This document shows, piece by piece, positions 11,137-24,135 of a stretch of 64,000 bases of DNA. The notes beneath the pieces are model-generated. The model was not told the origin of the DNA. It saw only the letters and a program-made list of their open reading frames with translations, and did no database searches. The position numbers and the translations under genes were made by a program. Source of the DNA: Selaginella moellendorffii (lineage: Eukaryota; Plantae; Lycopodiophyta); the NCBI RefSeq assembly GCF_000143415.4, contig NW_003314264.1, positions 1,993,710 to 2,057,709 on the forward strand, given 5' to 3'. Within the stretch, counting starts at the first letter, position 1; the number at the start of each line of letters is the position of its first letter.

Positions 11137-12058
11137 TCACAAGTTCAGAAATCCAGCGTGCGGCGGCCTTACTCGCCCCAGGAGATACTTGAGCGTCCGG
11201 GAGAGGCTGAGCTTGGACAAGAATCCCATGAGGCCGCAGCACTGATCGCCACCACCACCACCACCACCACCACCACCACCACCACTACCACCACCACCGG
11301 CGGTGACGAGCCTGGGCATGCTCATGCTGAATGTGAGCGGAGCATAGCCCATGATCTTCTGCCAGTTCCACGGGAAGAACTGCGTCGAGTTGTCGACGAC
11401 GTTGAGCGGCTGCAAGTATGCCCGCGCGGCCTGTTCCACCAGATGGTTCTTCATTCGAGTTCTCGGGCTCCCGCCGCCGCCGCCGCCGCCGCTCACGCTC
11501 TCCGTGCTGTGGCATTGGTACTGGAGGAACATCACGTCCCGGAGGCTCGTGTAGTGGAGGTCCAGGCTATGCACGCTGATAATCTCTGGCTTGTTGAGTC
11601 GCCAGTCTATAACCCCCGCCTTTGGAATAGTAGCAGTAGCTGCTGGTTTCTTAGCGGCTGAGAAGAGCGATGAAACGAGGGGGCGCATTGTCGGTGAGCT
11701 AGTCAGCCTGCAAACAGTAGAACACGGTGTCAAGCTTGGCACACGAAAGCTTGGATTGATCGTATAGACCAAACAAAAGAAAACGAAAGTTTCACCCAAT
11801 GCAGCAGACAAAGCAACCCCTCTCCACTTTTCTTTTTATTTGAAACTGTGCTAGATCTCGAAACTCTAAAGCTAAACTTTAGCATGAACAAGGCATCAGA
11901 TGCGAATCGTTTGGACATCTACAGTGAATGCCAAGATCAGAGCAAACAAAAAGGAATCCCCGGAGAAAGCAGGGACATTTGGTCCCAAGCGGATGATAAC
12001 ACGCCGTGACGAAATCTCCCAAGAGAAAGAGTGAAGGAGCATACCTCTTCGTGGACAT
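11137..12058 (-). CDS. Small conserved plant protein of unknown function (YTSLRD / KNxLVxQAAxAYLQP family); exon 1 12045-12058, exon 2 11137-11707
   Basis: Motifs 'HYTSLRDVM' and 'MKNHLVEQAARAYLQP'. The junction ATGTCCACGAAGAG|GTATG...TTTGCAG|GCTGACT splices in frame to give MSTKRLTSSPTMRPLV. Contains poly-Gly tracts. Confidence 0.75.
11249..11298. repeat. (CCA/GGT)n microsatellite encoding poly-Gly
   Basis: About 16 near-perfect CCA units within the coding exon. Confidence 0.9.
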
Positions 12059-12960
12059 TTTCCGCTAGGCGATGCTACGCCTCGTCGACGCCATCAACGC
12101 CGGAGGCCTTGCAGGAGCAGAAGAAGAAGGCGCTGCGAGGACGAACAGCCATGGCTAGCAAGCACACAAATCCTGGCGATCGATCGAACTAGATTCTCAA
12201 ACAAACGAAGAGCAAGGAAGAAAGAAAGAACAAAACGAATGAAGAAAAGAAGAGAAATCGGCCAAAAGGCACTCCAAATCCAACCAAAAAGAACAGAAAA
12301 AAAGGAAAATCTCTCACGGATAAAGAGAGAAAGAACCAAAGATTCAGACAAAGAAATCCGGATCCATCACAGATCGCGAAGAACAAAGCGAGAAAATGGG
12401 GAGCTCCCTCCTGCCTAGAAACCCTATCTCTCCTAAAAGCTTTTAATCCCGTCCTGGGCTCTACAATGTGGCTACAGAGCTTTCCTTGCTCGCCTTTCCT
12501 GCTGGCGGGCGGGGATAAAAATCGACCGTTCTTACAGCACTTGGTGGCCGCCTCCCAGCCGTCGGATCTCCAGGTAAAATACCATGCCTCCCGTTGGATG
12601 CTATTATAGCAAAAAATTCTCACCAATGATTTGTCTCCACTCCAATGTCCCATTTTGTTTTCCAACCATACAATATTACATCATACACGTTTTCCGGGAA
12701 GAAAGAATCGCAGCCAATCACAGAGATTTTCGTCAATCGCCGCGCCACACGTGTCGCTAAGCTGTCCCTCTCCATGGGTGGTTTGGTGCCGTACTACATG
12801 GCGGCCCATCGCAAACGCATCCGGAGATAATTCCACGCTGGTGGAGGCGTACGGAACCACACCTTTTTTCTGGCCTTTTGCCCTTTCTAGGAAAGCTTCC
12901 TTGTGCCCTAGGATTCAGGGTTTAGGGTTTATAGCAAGAGTGTTCTTCCTTGGCGGGGTT

Positions 12961-14976
<2,016 letters not shown>

Positions 14977-15648
14977 GCCCCCCAGGAAGACGAAACGCGA
15001 AGATAATCCACGCTACCTCCTCTTCTGGCGCATAGAATTCTCGCGTGCTGCGGTGCCCGCTCTATCGATCTCCACGTTTCTCCCTTGCCTCTACACCACA
15101 CCTAGTTCTTGCTAAGAGATTGGACGATACCTGGTCGAGAGCTCGTCCAGAATTTCGGATCTGCGCACCCTAAACCCCACGAATTCCTCCCGAGACCAGC
15201 GCCAGCAGCCACGGCCCGGCGAAGCCCCTCGCCCCCCCGGATCCGCCGTCACCAAAACCCCAGAATCGCCGTGCTGCTGGCGCTGGCGCTGCTGGCGCTG
15301 CTGGAGCTCCAGGGAGCTGGCGCCGGCGGCAGCGATTCCATGCCGGATGGCCGCGACTCCTCACAATCCCATCCTTCCCGGAAGCGCGATGGGGATGGAA
15401 GCGCTGCTCTCGAGAGACAAAGCTGGGCAGTGTGTAGCCAAAAGCCTAGACGCGCTTAAAGCTCTAGTCTAAAAGCCAGGGATTAGCGAGGGGATAAGGA
15501 ATATAGCCTGGGCATCAAGCCACCCAGTGTGTGGTGTGTGCGGCGTGCGTCCATCTTAGCTTTCTATCCCACTCTCTCACACACCCGTCGGAGGTTCGAA
15601 TCTCCTCCACGACAAGACAAAATAATGCAAGGCGGAAGAACCCTAATT

Positions 15649-17925
15649 TCAACTCCTAGAAAATTTCTCGTCCGGTGGGGCGTAGACTTTGGAGAGGAGA
15701 ATGTAGCTCGCAGCTGGGCTTTTGGGATCGATCGCGAGGGCGCTCGTTGCTGCTCGAGCTCCTCGCTCCAGATCGCTATGCACGGTACAGGCGTTGAGAA
15801 GGATCGTCCAGGTCACAGCGTCCGGGAGAAAGGGCATGCTGTGGACGAGCTCCTCGGCCTCTTGGATCCGCCTCGAGCGCCCCAGGAGATCGATCATCGA
15901 GGAGTAGTGCTCGATCGTCGGCTCCAGGCCGTGGGCTTCCCGGATCGAGGCGAAGAAGTCGCGCCCCTGGATCACGTCCCCCGAGTGGCTGCAGGCGTGG
16001 AGGATCATCACGAACGCGTCCGCGTTTGGCTTCCAGCCGAAGAGATTCATCGCCTGGAAGAGATCGATGGTCTCTTGGCAGCTGCCGTTGGACGCCAATC
16101 CGGCCATGAGCGCGACGAAGCACGAGGTGTCCTGCTCGGGCATTCGATCAAACACGGATTTTGCACGATCGGCGAGACCGTTTTGGGCGAGCGAGGCCAT
16201 CAAAACGAGCCAGGAGACGGTGCTCCACTCGGGCATGAGGTGGAAGAAGAGCTCGGGCTCGCGAATATACCCGTTCTGAGAATATCCAAAAATCAAGGAG
16301 TTCCAAGAGATAATGTCCCTCTGTGGCATCTTCTCAAACACTCCCTTTGTTGCCTCTGGATGCCCTCTCATGGCATATACTCTCACCATGGAGTTCCATA
16401 GCATGGCATTCCAGCAAGGAATCTTTGCAAACGCCTCTTTTGCTTCTTCTAAATGCCCGTTTTGGGAATATCCGTCGATTAGTACGTTCCAGGCCACCTT
16501 GTCTCGCCTGGGCATCTTTTCAAAAATATCCCGGGTGTCTTCCGGGCGGCCTTGTTGGGAATATACGCCGAGCATCGCGGTCCACGAGACCTCGTCCGTG
16601 TGGGGCATGACGTGGAACAATCCACGCCCTTCGTCGGCTCGCCCATTCTGGGCGTAGGCGCTGATCGTCACATTCCAGAGCGTCTTGTCTCTTTGGGGCG
16701 ATCGATCGAAGAGATCGCGCGCCTGGTGCAGCGATCCTAGGCTGGCATAGGCGCCGATCATCGTCGTGCAAGCAATGAGATCCCGGGCGGGCATTCGGTG
16801 GTAGATTTCTTCCAGGAGCTCTCGATCTTGATCTTCTTGTTCTTCGTTCGCCATGCCCTGGAGGAGGCGATTCCAGGAGATCACGTCGCGCTGCGGCATC
16901 CAGTCGAAGAGCCGCTTGGATTCCTCGATCTTGGCGTTCAGGGCGTGCGCGGTGATCATCTCGTTCCAGGTCATGAGCGGCAGATCCGGCAGCGTCGATT
17001 CGAGTAGAGCTTGGAATTTCCCGGTGGAAGCGTACGTCTGCGCCATCAGGCTCCAAGAAATCTCGCTCCACTGCGGCATTCTCTCCAGGAATGCTGCTGC
17101 TGCCGCGAGGCCGTGATCATCTCTTCCAGAATCTTGGAGCTCCGCCTGGATGGCGCAGTTCCAAGACTCGAGATCTCTCCTCGCCATCGCCAAGAAAGTC
17201 CTCTCCGCGTCCTCGCAGCGCCCGCTCTGCCCGTAGGTCGTGATGAGCGCGTTCCACGACACCACGCTTCGATCCGGCATGGCGTGGAAGATCTCCACGG
17301 CCTCGTCGAATCGATCCGAGCGCAAGAATGCCGCCATGAGCGCGTTCCAGGCGACGAGATCCGGGCGAGGAAGAAGAGCAAATATTTCCAGCGCGCGCTC
17401 CAAGTGCCCGGTCTGGGAATACGCCGCTAACATGCTCGTGAAGGAGATTACATCCGCCAGCGGCATTCTATCGAAGAATATTTTGGCCTCGATTGGGATT
17501 CCAGAGAGATTGCACGCCTGGATCATCGCGTTCCAGCACACGACGTTCCGGCGAGGCACGCGATCGAAGTAGCTCTTGGCGGCATCGATTTGCCCAGCTC
17601 GGGCGTGTGCTGTGATCATAGCGCTCCAGGCGATCGTGTCGGGGTCGCGGATGTAAGCGAAGATCGCCTCTGCGTGGGCGATCATGCCGCATTGCGAGAA
17701 GATCTTGAGCAGCGTTCCACACGATATTGCGTCGTGGTGGGGCATCTTGGAGAAGGCCTCGCGGGCGGGAAGCATATGCCCGGACTGGGCATATGCCGCA
17801 AGAAGGATATTCCAGGAGAAGATATTCCTTTGATCCATGGCTAGGAAGACGCACTGCGCGTCTTGGACGCTCCCGGACCGTCCGAGGGCGCTGATGAGCA
17901 TATTCGCTCTTCGTGTCTTGTCCAT
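15649..17925 (-). CDS. PLS-E class PPR protein with a long run of tandem 31-aa short motifs
   Basis: Many 31-aa repeats of the form 'WN.MI.AYAQ.G....A...F..MP.RD', ending in 'IEHYSSMIDLLGRSRRIQEAEELVHSMPFLPDAVTWTILLNAC' (E domain). Intronless. Confidence 0.92.
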   Translation of the reverse strand: MDKTRRANMLISALGRSGSVQDAQCVFLAMDQRNIFSWNILLAAYAQSGHMLPAREAFSKMPHHDAISCGTLLKIFSQCGMIAHAEAIFAYIRDPDTIAWSAMITAHARAGQIDAAKSYFDRVPRRNVVCWNAMIQACNLSGIPIEAKIFFDRMPLADVISFTSMLAAYSQTGHLERALEIFALLPRPDLVAWNALMAAFLRSDRFDEAVEIFHAMPDRSVVSWNALITTYGQSGRCEDAERTFLAMARRDLESWNCAIQAELQDSGRDDHGLAAAAAFLERMPQWSEISWSLMAQTYASTGKFQALLESTLPDLPLMTWNEMITAHALNAKIEESKRLFDWMPQRDVISWNRLLQGMANEEQEDQDRELLEEIYHRMPARDLIACTTMIGAYASLGSLHQARDLFDRSPQRDKTLWNVTISAYAQNGRADEGRGLFHVMPHTDEVSWTAMLGVYSQQGRPEDTRDIFEKMPRRDKVAWNVLIDGYSQNGHLEEAKEAFAKIPCWNAMLWNSMVRVYAMRGHPEATKGVFEKMPQRDIISWNSLIFGYSQNGYIREPELFFHLMPEWSTVSWLVLMASLAQNGLADRAKSVFDRMPEQDTSCFVALMAGLASNGSCQETIDLFQAMNLFGWKPNADAFVMILHACSHSGDVIQGRDFFASIREAHGLEPTIEHYSSMIDLLGRSRRIQEAEELVHSMPFLPDAVTWTILLNACTVHSDLERGARAATSALAIDPKSPAASYILLSKVYAPPDEKFSRS

Positions 17926-18449
17926 GGGACTGGGGTGACGCTTCTCCCTGGTATCTTGCTAGTTTTTCGATTGCCATGAAAGAAATCTTTGCAAGAATAT
18001 CATACATACATTATTATTATTACATGAGTAGCTAGGGGGCTAAATGATCTAATGGCTTCGTTTATACCGAAGAACAGGATTCGAATTGGCAAGACCGAAA
18101 ATTTCAAAGTTTTGAAGATGCTCTTATTCATTTAAACAAAACCTTTTTTGCATAATAGGATTATTTGAGACGAGGGGCCCTTAATTCTCTCTCATATATG
18201 TATCGTATAACTTAAATTTGATTTTTAAATTTGGCTATTACATTATACTCATTTGTTCAAGCTTGCTAGCAAACCACAGGACGATAACCATAACATATAG
18301 CGCTAGAAGAGGAATTTAGATTATGTTAAATTCGATGGTGCTAGAGAATGAGCGTTCACTGTTCAAGGAGAACAGCTGAGTAAGATTGTGGTAGAAAACT
18401 ATCACTAATGAGAAGGCCTTTTGCTACAAAAGTTTTGAGTTTGATCTCA

Positions 18450-18940
18450 CTTGTCAAGTGAAGGAGATGCAACCTGGATAGAACTTTCCCAGTTTCCAGG
18501 AATGTCTTCCACGGTCTGTGACATCCTGTTGATCAGATCAAAGCAATGGACCACAAGTTTACGAAGCCCTCAAGAAAGAGATATCGTCATCAGGGTAATC
18601 GCAAGCACAAGTGTCTCCAAGTTACGTAGATTGCCTTTGCCTTCGAGCACCTACAAGAAGAAGATTACAGGGTAGAAAATTGAAGACCACAAAGTAGCCA
18701 GTGCCGAAACTGACGATTTGCAAGCTCCAGCAGAAGGGAAATGCTCATCTTGTGCTTGCAGTCCAAATGGAGGAAGGTAAGCTCTGTGATTGTGCCCCAC
18801 CAATTCATCCAGCTCCCAGTCTCCACCAATTTCCAAGCTCTGGAGTTTGCCACATTTCCTGTTGAGCTTGTAGATATTCAGGACTTTCAGGCTCTCCGAT
18901 TGGAAATTGAGGCAGATGATTTATTATATTTGACCCAAAA
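18450..18940 (-). pseudogene. Possible LRR/FBD-type gene remnant
   Basis: Frameshifted fragments with LxxLxL periodicity: 'ESLKVLNIYKL..GKLQSLEIG', 'ITELTFLHLDC', 'GNLRNLETLVL'. Confidence 0.35.
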
Positions 18941-18968
18941 ATCATAACAGAAAAAAACTATTCTTGTT

Positions 18969-20615
18969 TCATCGCTCGAGAGTTTTCTCGTAGTCCTCAA
19001 TCGATTTAAACAACGCCGCAAAGTTCCCCTTGCCAAATCCCCCACACCCTCCTCGCTGGACGTTCTCTTCCATGCATCCCACCCTCTGGATTATCTCCAA
19101 GAACAAAGTTGGCCTACACAAAAAGCCATAGAACATCGAATCTTTCCAAAGGACAGAGAGAAAAGAAAACACATACCTGTCACCCACAGGCTTGGTGAAG
19201 ATCTGGAGCAAAATCCCCTGATCATCCTTGTCAACCAGGATCCCGAGCTCCTCGCACATCTCCACTTGCTCGGGCGTCAGGCTCGATCCAATCCTCTCCG
19301 GCAAGTCCCTGTAGTACTTCTTGTTCGGCCTGGGCATGAACTCAAACCCCCCGATGTGAGATCTCATCCTCATCTCCCTCAAAGTATGAAAGATATCCCG
19401 GCAAGAGATCGCCAAGTGCTGCAAGCCCGGCCCCTCGTTGTGATCCAAGTACGTCTGGATCTGCGACTTCCTCCGCGTGCCATGCACCGGCTCGTTCATG
19501 GGCAGCAGCACCATCTCGTTGTTGCTGGCCAGGACCATGCTGTTCAGCCCGCTCTCGCAGGTGCCAATGTCCTCGGCGGTAAACTCGGCAAACTCGTGAA
19601 AGCCCGTGAAGCCGGCCACGTACCGCGCGGCGTCCAGCAGGTTGTGGACGTTCCCGACGGCGTGATCCAGCCGGCAGAGCCCGACTCCAAGCCCCGAGGG
19701 GGACGACGAGAAAGGTGGCGGACTCACGCGCTCGTAGCCTGGGAGGAAGGGGCCGTCGAATCCGCCGCTGACGAAACGAAGAACCACGTCGCCGTAGAGC
19801 GCCACCTCGGACAGCACGAGCTCCTGGCCGGAGTGGACGTCGTGCATGGTCGTGGGCTCGAGCACCGCGATGGCGCCGTGCTCCACGCTCGTCCGGAAGG
19901 CGGTGGCGGCGTCCTCCACCCGGACGCCGACTGCCCGGACCGCGAGGCCGTGGGCGTCGAAGAAGTCGAGCATGGCGGGCTTGGTCATGGCTGGGTGGGG
20001 TGGCGGCGAGGCCGGCTGGTAGCGGTGCTTGTCCGAGTAGGGGGCCGAGAAGACGAGGACGAGCTCCTCCGACTGGAGCGCGTAGCTGCAGTAGACGTGG
20101 TTGCCGGTGGTCTGGTCCGACTTGGCGACGAGCGGCATGCCCAGCCCCCACGAGAAGCGGCGCCAGGTGTTGGTGGCGTCGCCGCACCACAGCTCGACGT
20201 GGTGGAAGCACAGCACCTTGAATCGGTCGGTGAGTGGGTTGGAGCGCACGAACTTGTCGAATCCCACGAGCCCACTCTTGGCCTTGCTCTCCAGATCCTG
20301 CCGCTGCCGCCGCTGCTGCTCGATCTCCTTTCCAACGTCCACCTTTCCGGCGCGATCCGTGTGCTCCAGGACCGAGCTGGACCTCCTCGGGCTGGACCTC
20401 GGGCTTGGCGACCTCGGGCTGGCCGCGGCGGCTGTCGCGCGCGACTGAGAGATGGACGAGGAGCTAGAGGAGGGAGGGGAAGAGAGCGATGCATGGCGGG
20501 CGCTACTCGCGGCCGCCATGAGCGAGGACGAGCATGGCGACGATGAGGGCGCGGGGATTACTACCGGGGATTGCATCCAGCCTATCCTTCCTTGCTGGAT
20601 ATGATAGAATTCCAC
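18969..20615 (-). CDS. HPPD: 4-hydroxyphenylpyruvate dioxygenase; one intron at 19114-19176
   Basis: Motifs 'FHHVELWCGDATN', 'LDHAVGNV', 'NEGPGLQHLA', 'LLQIFTKPVGDR|PTLFLEIIQR' and 'GGCGGFGKGNF'. Ser-rich N-terminal extension. Confidence 0.97.
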   Translation of the reverse strand: MEFYHIQQGRIGWMQSPVVIPAPSSSPCSSSLMAAASSARHASLSSPPSSSSSSISQSRATAAAASPRSPSPRSSPRRSSSVLEHTDRAGKVDVGKEIEQQRRQRQDLESKAKSGLVGFDKFVRSNPLTDRFKVLCFHHVELWCGDATNTWRRFSWGLGMPLVAKSDQTTGNHVYCSYALQSEELVLVFSAPYSDKHRYQPASPPPHPAMTKPAMLDFFDAHGLAVRAVGVRVEDAATAFRTSVEHGAIAVLEPTTMHDVHSGQELVLSEVALYGDVVLRFVSGGFDGPFLPGYERVSPPPFSSSPSGLGVGLCRLDHAVGNVHNLLDAARYVAGFTGFHEFAEFTAEDIGTCESGLNSMVLASNNEMVLLPMNEPVHGTRRKSQIQTYLDHNEGPGLQHLAISCRDIFHTLREMRMRSHIGGFEFMPRPNKKYYRDLPERIGSSLTPEQVEMCEELGILVDKDDQGILLQIFTKPVGDRYVFSFLSVLWKDSMFYGFLCRPTLFLEIIQRVGCMEENVQRGGCGGFGKGNFAALFKSIEDYEKTLER

Positions 20616-20991
20616 CCCCTTCTCGATTGATTGCTTGATGGAAGGGCTCTACCTATATGCTCGCGCCAGGAAAAATTTGATCCCCTCCTCACGGATGAAG
20701 CCGCAAAAATCCGATCTTGCGCGTCGCCAAACTCGAGGCACACAAAAAAAGAATGAAGGAGCGAGCTTAAAAACTTTGAGGATCCTCCTCTCCTCCTTTT
20801 ATTTCTTTCTCCCTCTTTTTTTTTTCCTCTCTTTTCCCCTTTGCGGCTGTGCGCTCGCTTGTTGGCCAGTTGTGTCACCACACAGAAGAGGTCGTATCTA
20901 TATACTGTCCCACCCACGATGCGTTTTCTACCAGTGAATTCTTTGCTTTGGTCGTTTCGCTTTGCTTGATTGATCTGTCCAAATCTTTTCC

Positions 20992-23863
20992 TCACGGCTC
21001 TGGGCTTCCGCTGGCTGGGCTTCCAACGCTGGCCGGGCTCGTGGATGCCGACGTTGGAGCTTTGTAGTCCCAGATAAAAATGCCACCTTCCTCCCCCACC
21101 GAGACTACGTGTTGCTGATCGGGGCTTATCTTCACCTGGAACACACACGAGATAAGTGAGAACTCAACACGGCAGCGAGGAACGAAACCAAAACTGACAC
21201 CTTCTAGATCCTATCCAACTATCTACCAAGCCATCTATATCTCAACCTCATTGTTCCACGCAAATGGAGCCTCGTACCTTGGTGACGAAGAGCTGACACA
21301 CAAGACAGCTTCTAGATCCTATCCAACTATCTTCAAGCCATCTATATCTACATGTCCTCGTTCTACACGAATGGAGTTTCGTACCTTGGTGATGGGCTCG
21401 CTGTGTCCTTTCCCTGTGAAGTAAGGATGGCCCTCGTCGTAGTTCCACAGGAGCACCTCCTTGTCATATCCCCCGCTGACGAACGCGGTGCCGTCGGGGC
21501 TTATGTCCAGCGCGGTCATCTCCGAGGTCAGAGATCCGTCTACGATTCGGATCGCCGCGCAGTCGTAGGCATCCCAGTACGTTATCTGGAATGGAAAATC
21601 TCTCAGCGTTGTCAGTCTCAAAGCCAGGAGATAATGAAAGTGTGTTTCCAACCTTGCGGTCTGTTCCGGTTGTAAGAAGCTGGCTCTCGTCAGGGTGGTA
21701 CTGGATGGCCTTGAAGAAAGTGGACGCGAACATACTGTTGTTTCTTGTAAATCGCTGCCATTGCCACGGGAGTCGTGAGGAGGGAAGAAAATCTCGTAGC
21801 CAGGACTTACAGTAAGATCCCACACAATGCACGAGCCGTCGCTGCTGCAACTTACGCATTCCGAGTCGTTTTTGCGAACCTAACACCGCGGGAAAGGAAA
21901 AGGAAACAAACTTTTCAAGTTGTGCCCCCGCGATCAGAAAAGATATCGGTACCTGGACGCCGTTGACTACTTCGACATGCTCTTTCATCGTCGCGATCAA
22001 GCTGTGACTATGGGGGCCGATCCTCCATACACGCACCTGTCAGGACAAAACAATTCGTGCTGTGTGCTAAAAAGATTAAAGCTGGAGAATCACCTGACCA
22101 TCCACGCCACCGCTGATTATCTTTCCACTGTCGGATGTGCCTGTGATTGCCGTCACGCCCTGCTTGTCAGCGTCAGTACAAAAGGAGATAAAAGAGAGAG
22201 CTTTACCAGTTTGTGAGCATTGAGTATCGTATAGAGTAGTTTTCCTGTTTGTGGCCCGAAGGCCCGAATCCGCCCGTCATTCCAGCCGCTAATGAGGGAC
22301 TTTCCGTCGGGCATAAATGCTAAGCTCATGCATTTCTGGTTGGGGACCTGAATTAATGAAAAAAACACGCGTTTCATCTTGTTTGCTTATCGAGTAAAAA
22401 ACTTACCTGAATCCGAAGTAGCTCTCGACACTTTTCCAGCTGCCATATACGAATATCATCCATCGAGCACGTAGCAAAGACTTCACTGTAGCCCGATGGA
22501 AAAGCGACGTCATTGATTTTGTCGTAATGGCAAGTATGAATGAGCTGTGAGGCCATCATATTCCTTTTTGCATCATACCTATAACAGCGTTCTGGCACCG
22601 GCTTATCAGTAACTGGAAAAGAATTAAAGCAAATGCTTACTTGACGAGATACATGTTGCTCTTGGAAGTTCCAACAAAGAACTCGAAAGATCCGCTTTGA
22701 TCAGCATTACCATTGGCCATTGCAGTGACACTACCGTGAACTCTGGTAGAGGAGACCGTTTTCAAAGTTCCAGACCTCAGGAGTACAATGTTTCCATCTC
22801 CACCCCCGACAAGTAGGTCGTCAAAGGGCGTCGATATCGTAGATTGTACTCCCATGCAAAGCTTTTGCTTAGGTCCATGATTTTGAAACAATTTCGGACC
22901 CAAACTCACCTGCATAGTACAACAGGGCGATAGTAAAGAGAATTGCAACACATAAAAGAAAATAATAAACCTGAAGAACATCTCCAGTTTGAGTTCCAAC
23001 ATATACGTAGTCGTCCTTACTATCAATAACCTGGCAATGCATCAAGATGAGACCACGAGCTTCAGCCTGAAACAGCACTTACAATTGTTTGCAACACTCG
23101 CCTGATTTTACCAAGTTGGCAATCGTATGGCCGAAGCTGCCTGTTTCCCTCGTCAAATTCCCAAATCGTCAGCTTAGCTGATGCAGCTGTGACGAGTTTT
23201 GTGTTTGTGCAATTGAAGAAGCACACGCACTGAGCATAGTCGATTGGCGTCGGACTGCCACAAACCGCCTTGCCCGACTTCACATACCAAACGACCAGTT
23301 TCCCATCATCTTGACCTCCAGTTGATGCCACGAAAGTTTCACAGGGAGAAAAGCTCAAGGACTCCACTTTCACCTGTCACAAAATCATAGCTGACTTCAG
23401 TCATCTTTTCCCGATTGGGATTTACTTTGTGCAAATTCAACTGGTGAAGAATCCTTCGCTCCTCCAGATCCCAGATGATAATGGTTGTCGTAAATCCCAT
23501 GTACGAAACCTGTTCATTTAGAGGGACAAGTTAGACTTTAAAATGGAGAAAGTGACATTTCACCTGTCCTGTTGCCAAATATTTTCCACTTCTTGAGATG
23601 GCCAAACAGGACACCTTGTTGCTGTGTCCTTGCAAAAACTCTTGGTTGTGATCATCGCCCTGAAACAACCAAGACGTCAGAAAAAAGTTTCGATGAAGAC
23701 AAAAAGAAGAACCGAAAAAAGGAAAAGATCATACCCGGTGTCTCAAAACAATGCAAGTCCCAAGCGCATAGACGAGCGTCGACTTGTCCGGGTGAAGAAC
23801 CATGCCACCAGGCACGGTTCCGCTGTAGCCGATCACGCTTCCCAAGGGCAGTGGACGCGACAT
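20992..23863 (-). CDS. CFAP52: Cilia- and flagella-associated protein 52 (WDR16 orthologue), multi-exon WD40 protein
   Basis: The N-terminus 'MSRPLPLGSVIGYSGTVPGGMVLHPDKSTLVYALGTCIV' and the segments 'TCHYDKINDVAFPSGYSEVFATCS', 'ISGWNDGRIRAFGPQTGKLLY' and 'VLLWNYDEG...GHSEPITKVKISPD' are diagnostic of CFAP52. Confidence 0.9.
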
Positions 23864-24135
23864 CTTTCCACATCCACCGGTGGACGCCGGTCAAAATCAT
23901 CAAAGATCCGACACTCGCTGGATTTCCACGAGAGATTCCAAGCTACTACTTCAGCAGACACCCACGAATGAAAGCCCTGTTCTCCTACAACCGACCCTGT
24001 GAGACGATGCTCTTCCAGAAAATCGTTGAGCGAGCTATAACCGCCAGTTAATTCATATTTCAGTTAAAGTTCCAAACAGCCTTCTTCCTCCTTTCTTATT
24101 CTTTTTCGCTTCCCTGTGCCCGGATCGCTCGCTCT

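Noticed and set aside
15109-15459. Small secreted-protein ORF on the plus strand
   Set aside because: It has a non-ATG start, and the hydrophobic run comes from a GCT/GCG microsatellite in the YY1 5' region.
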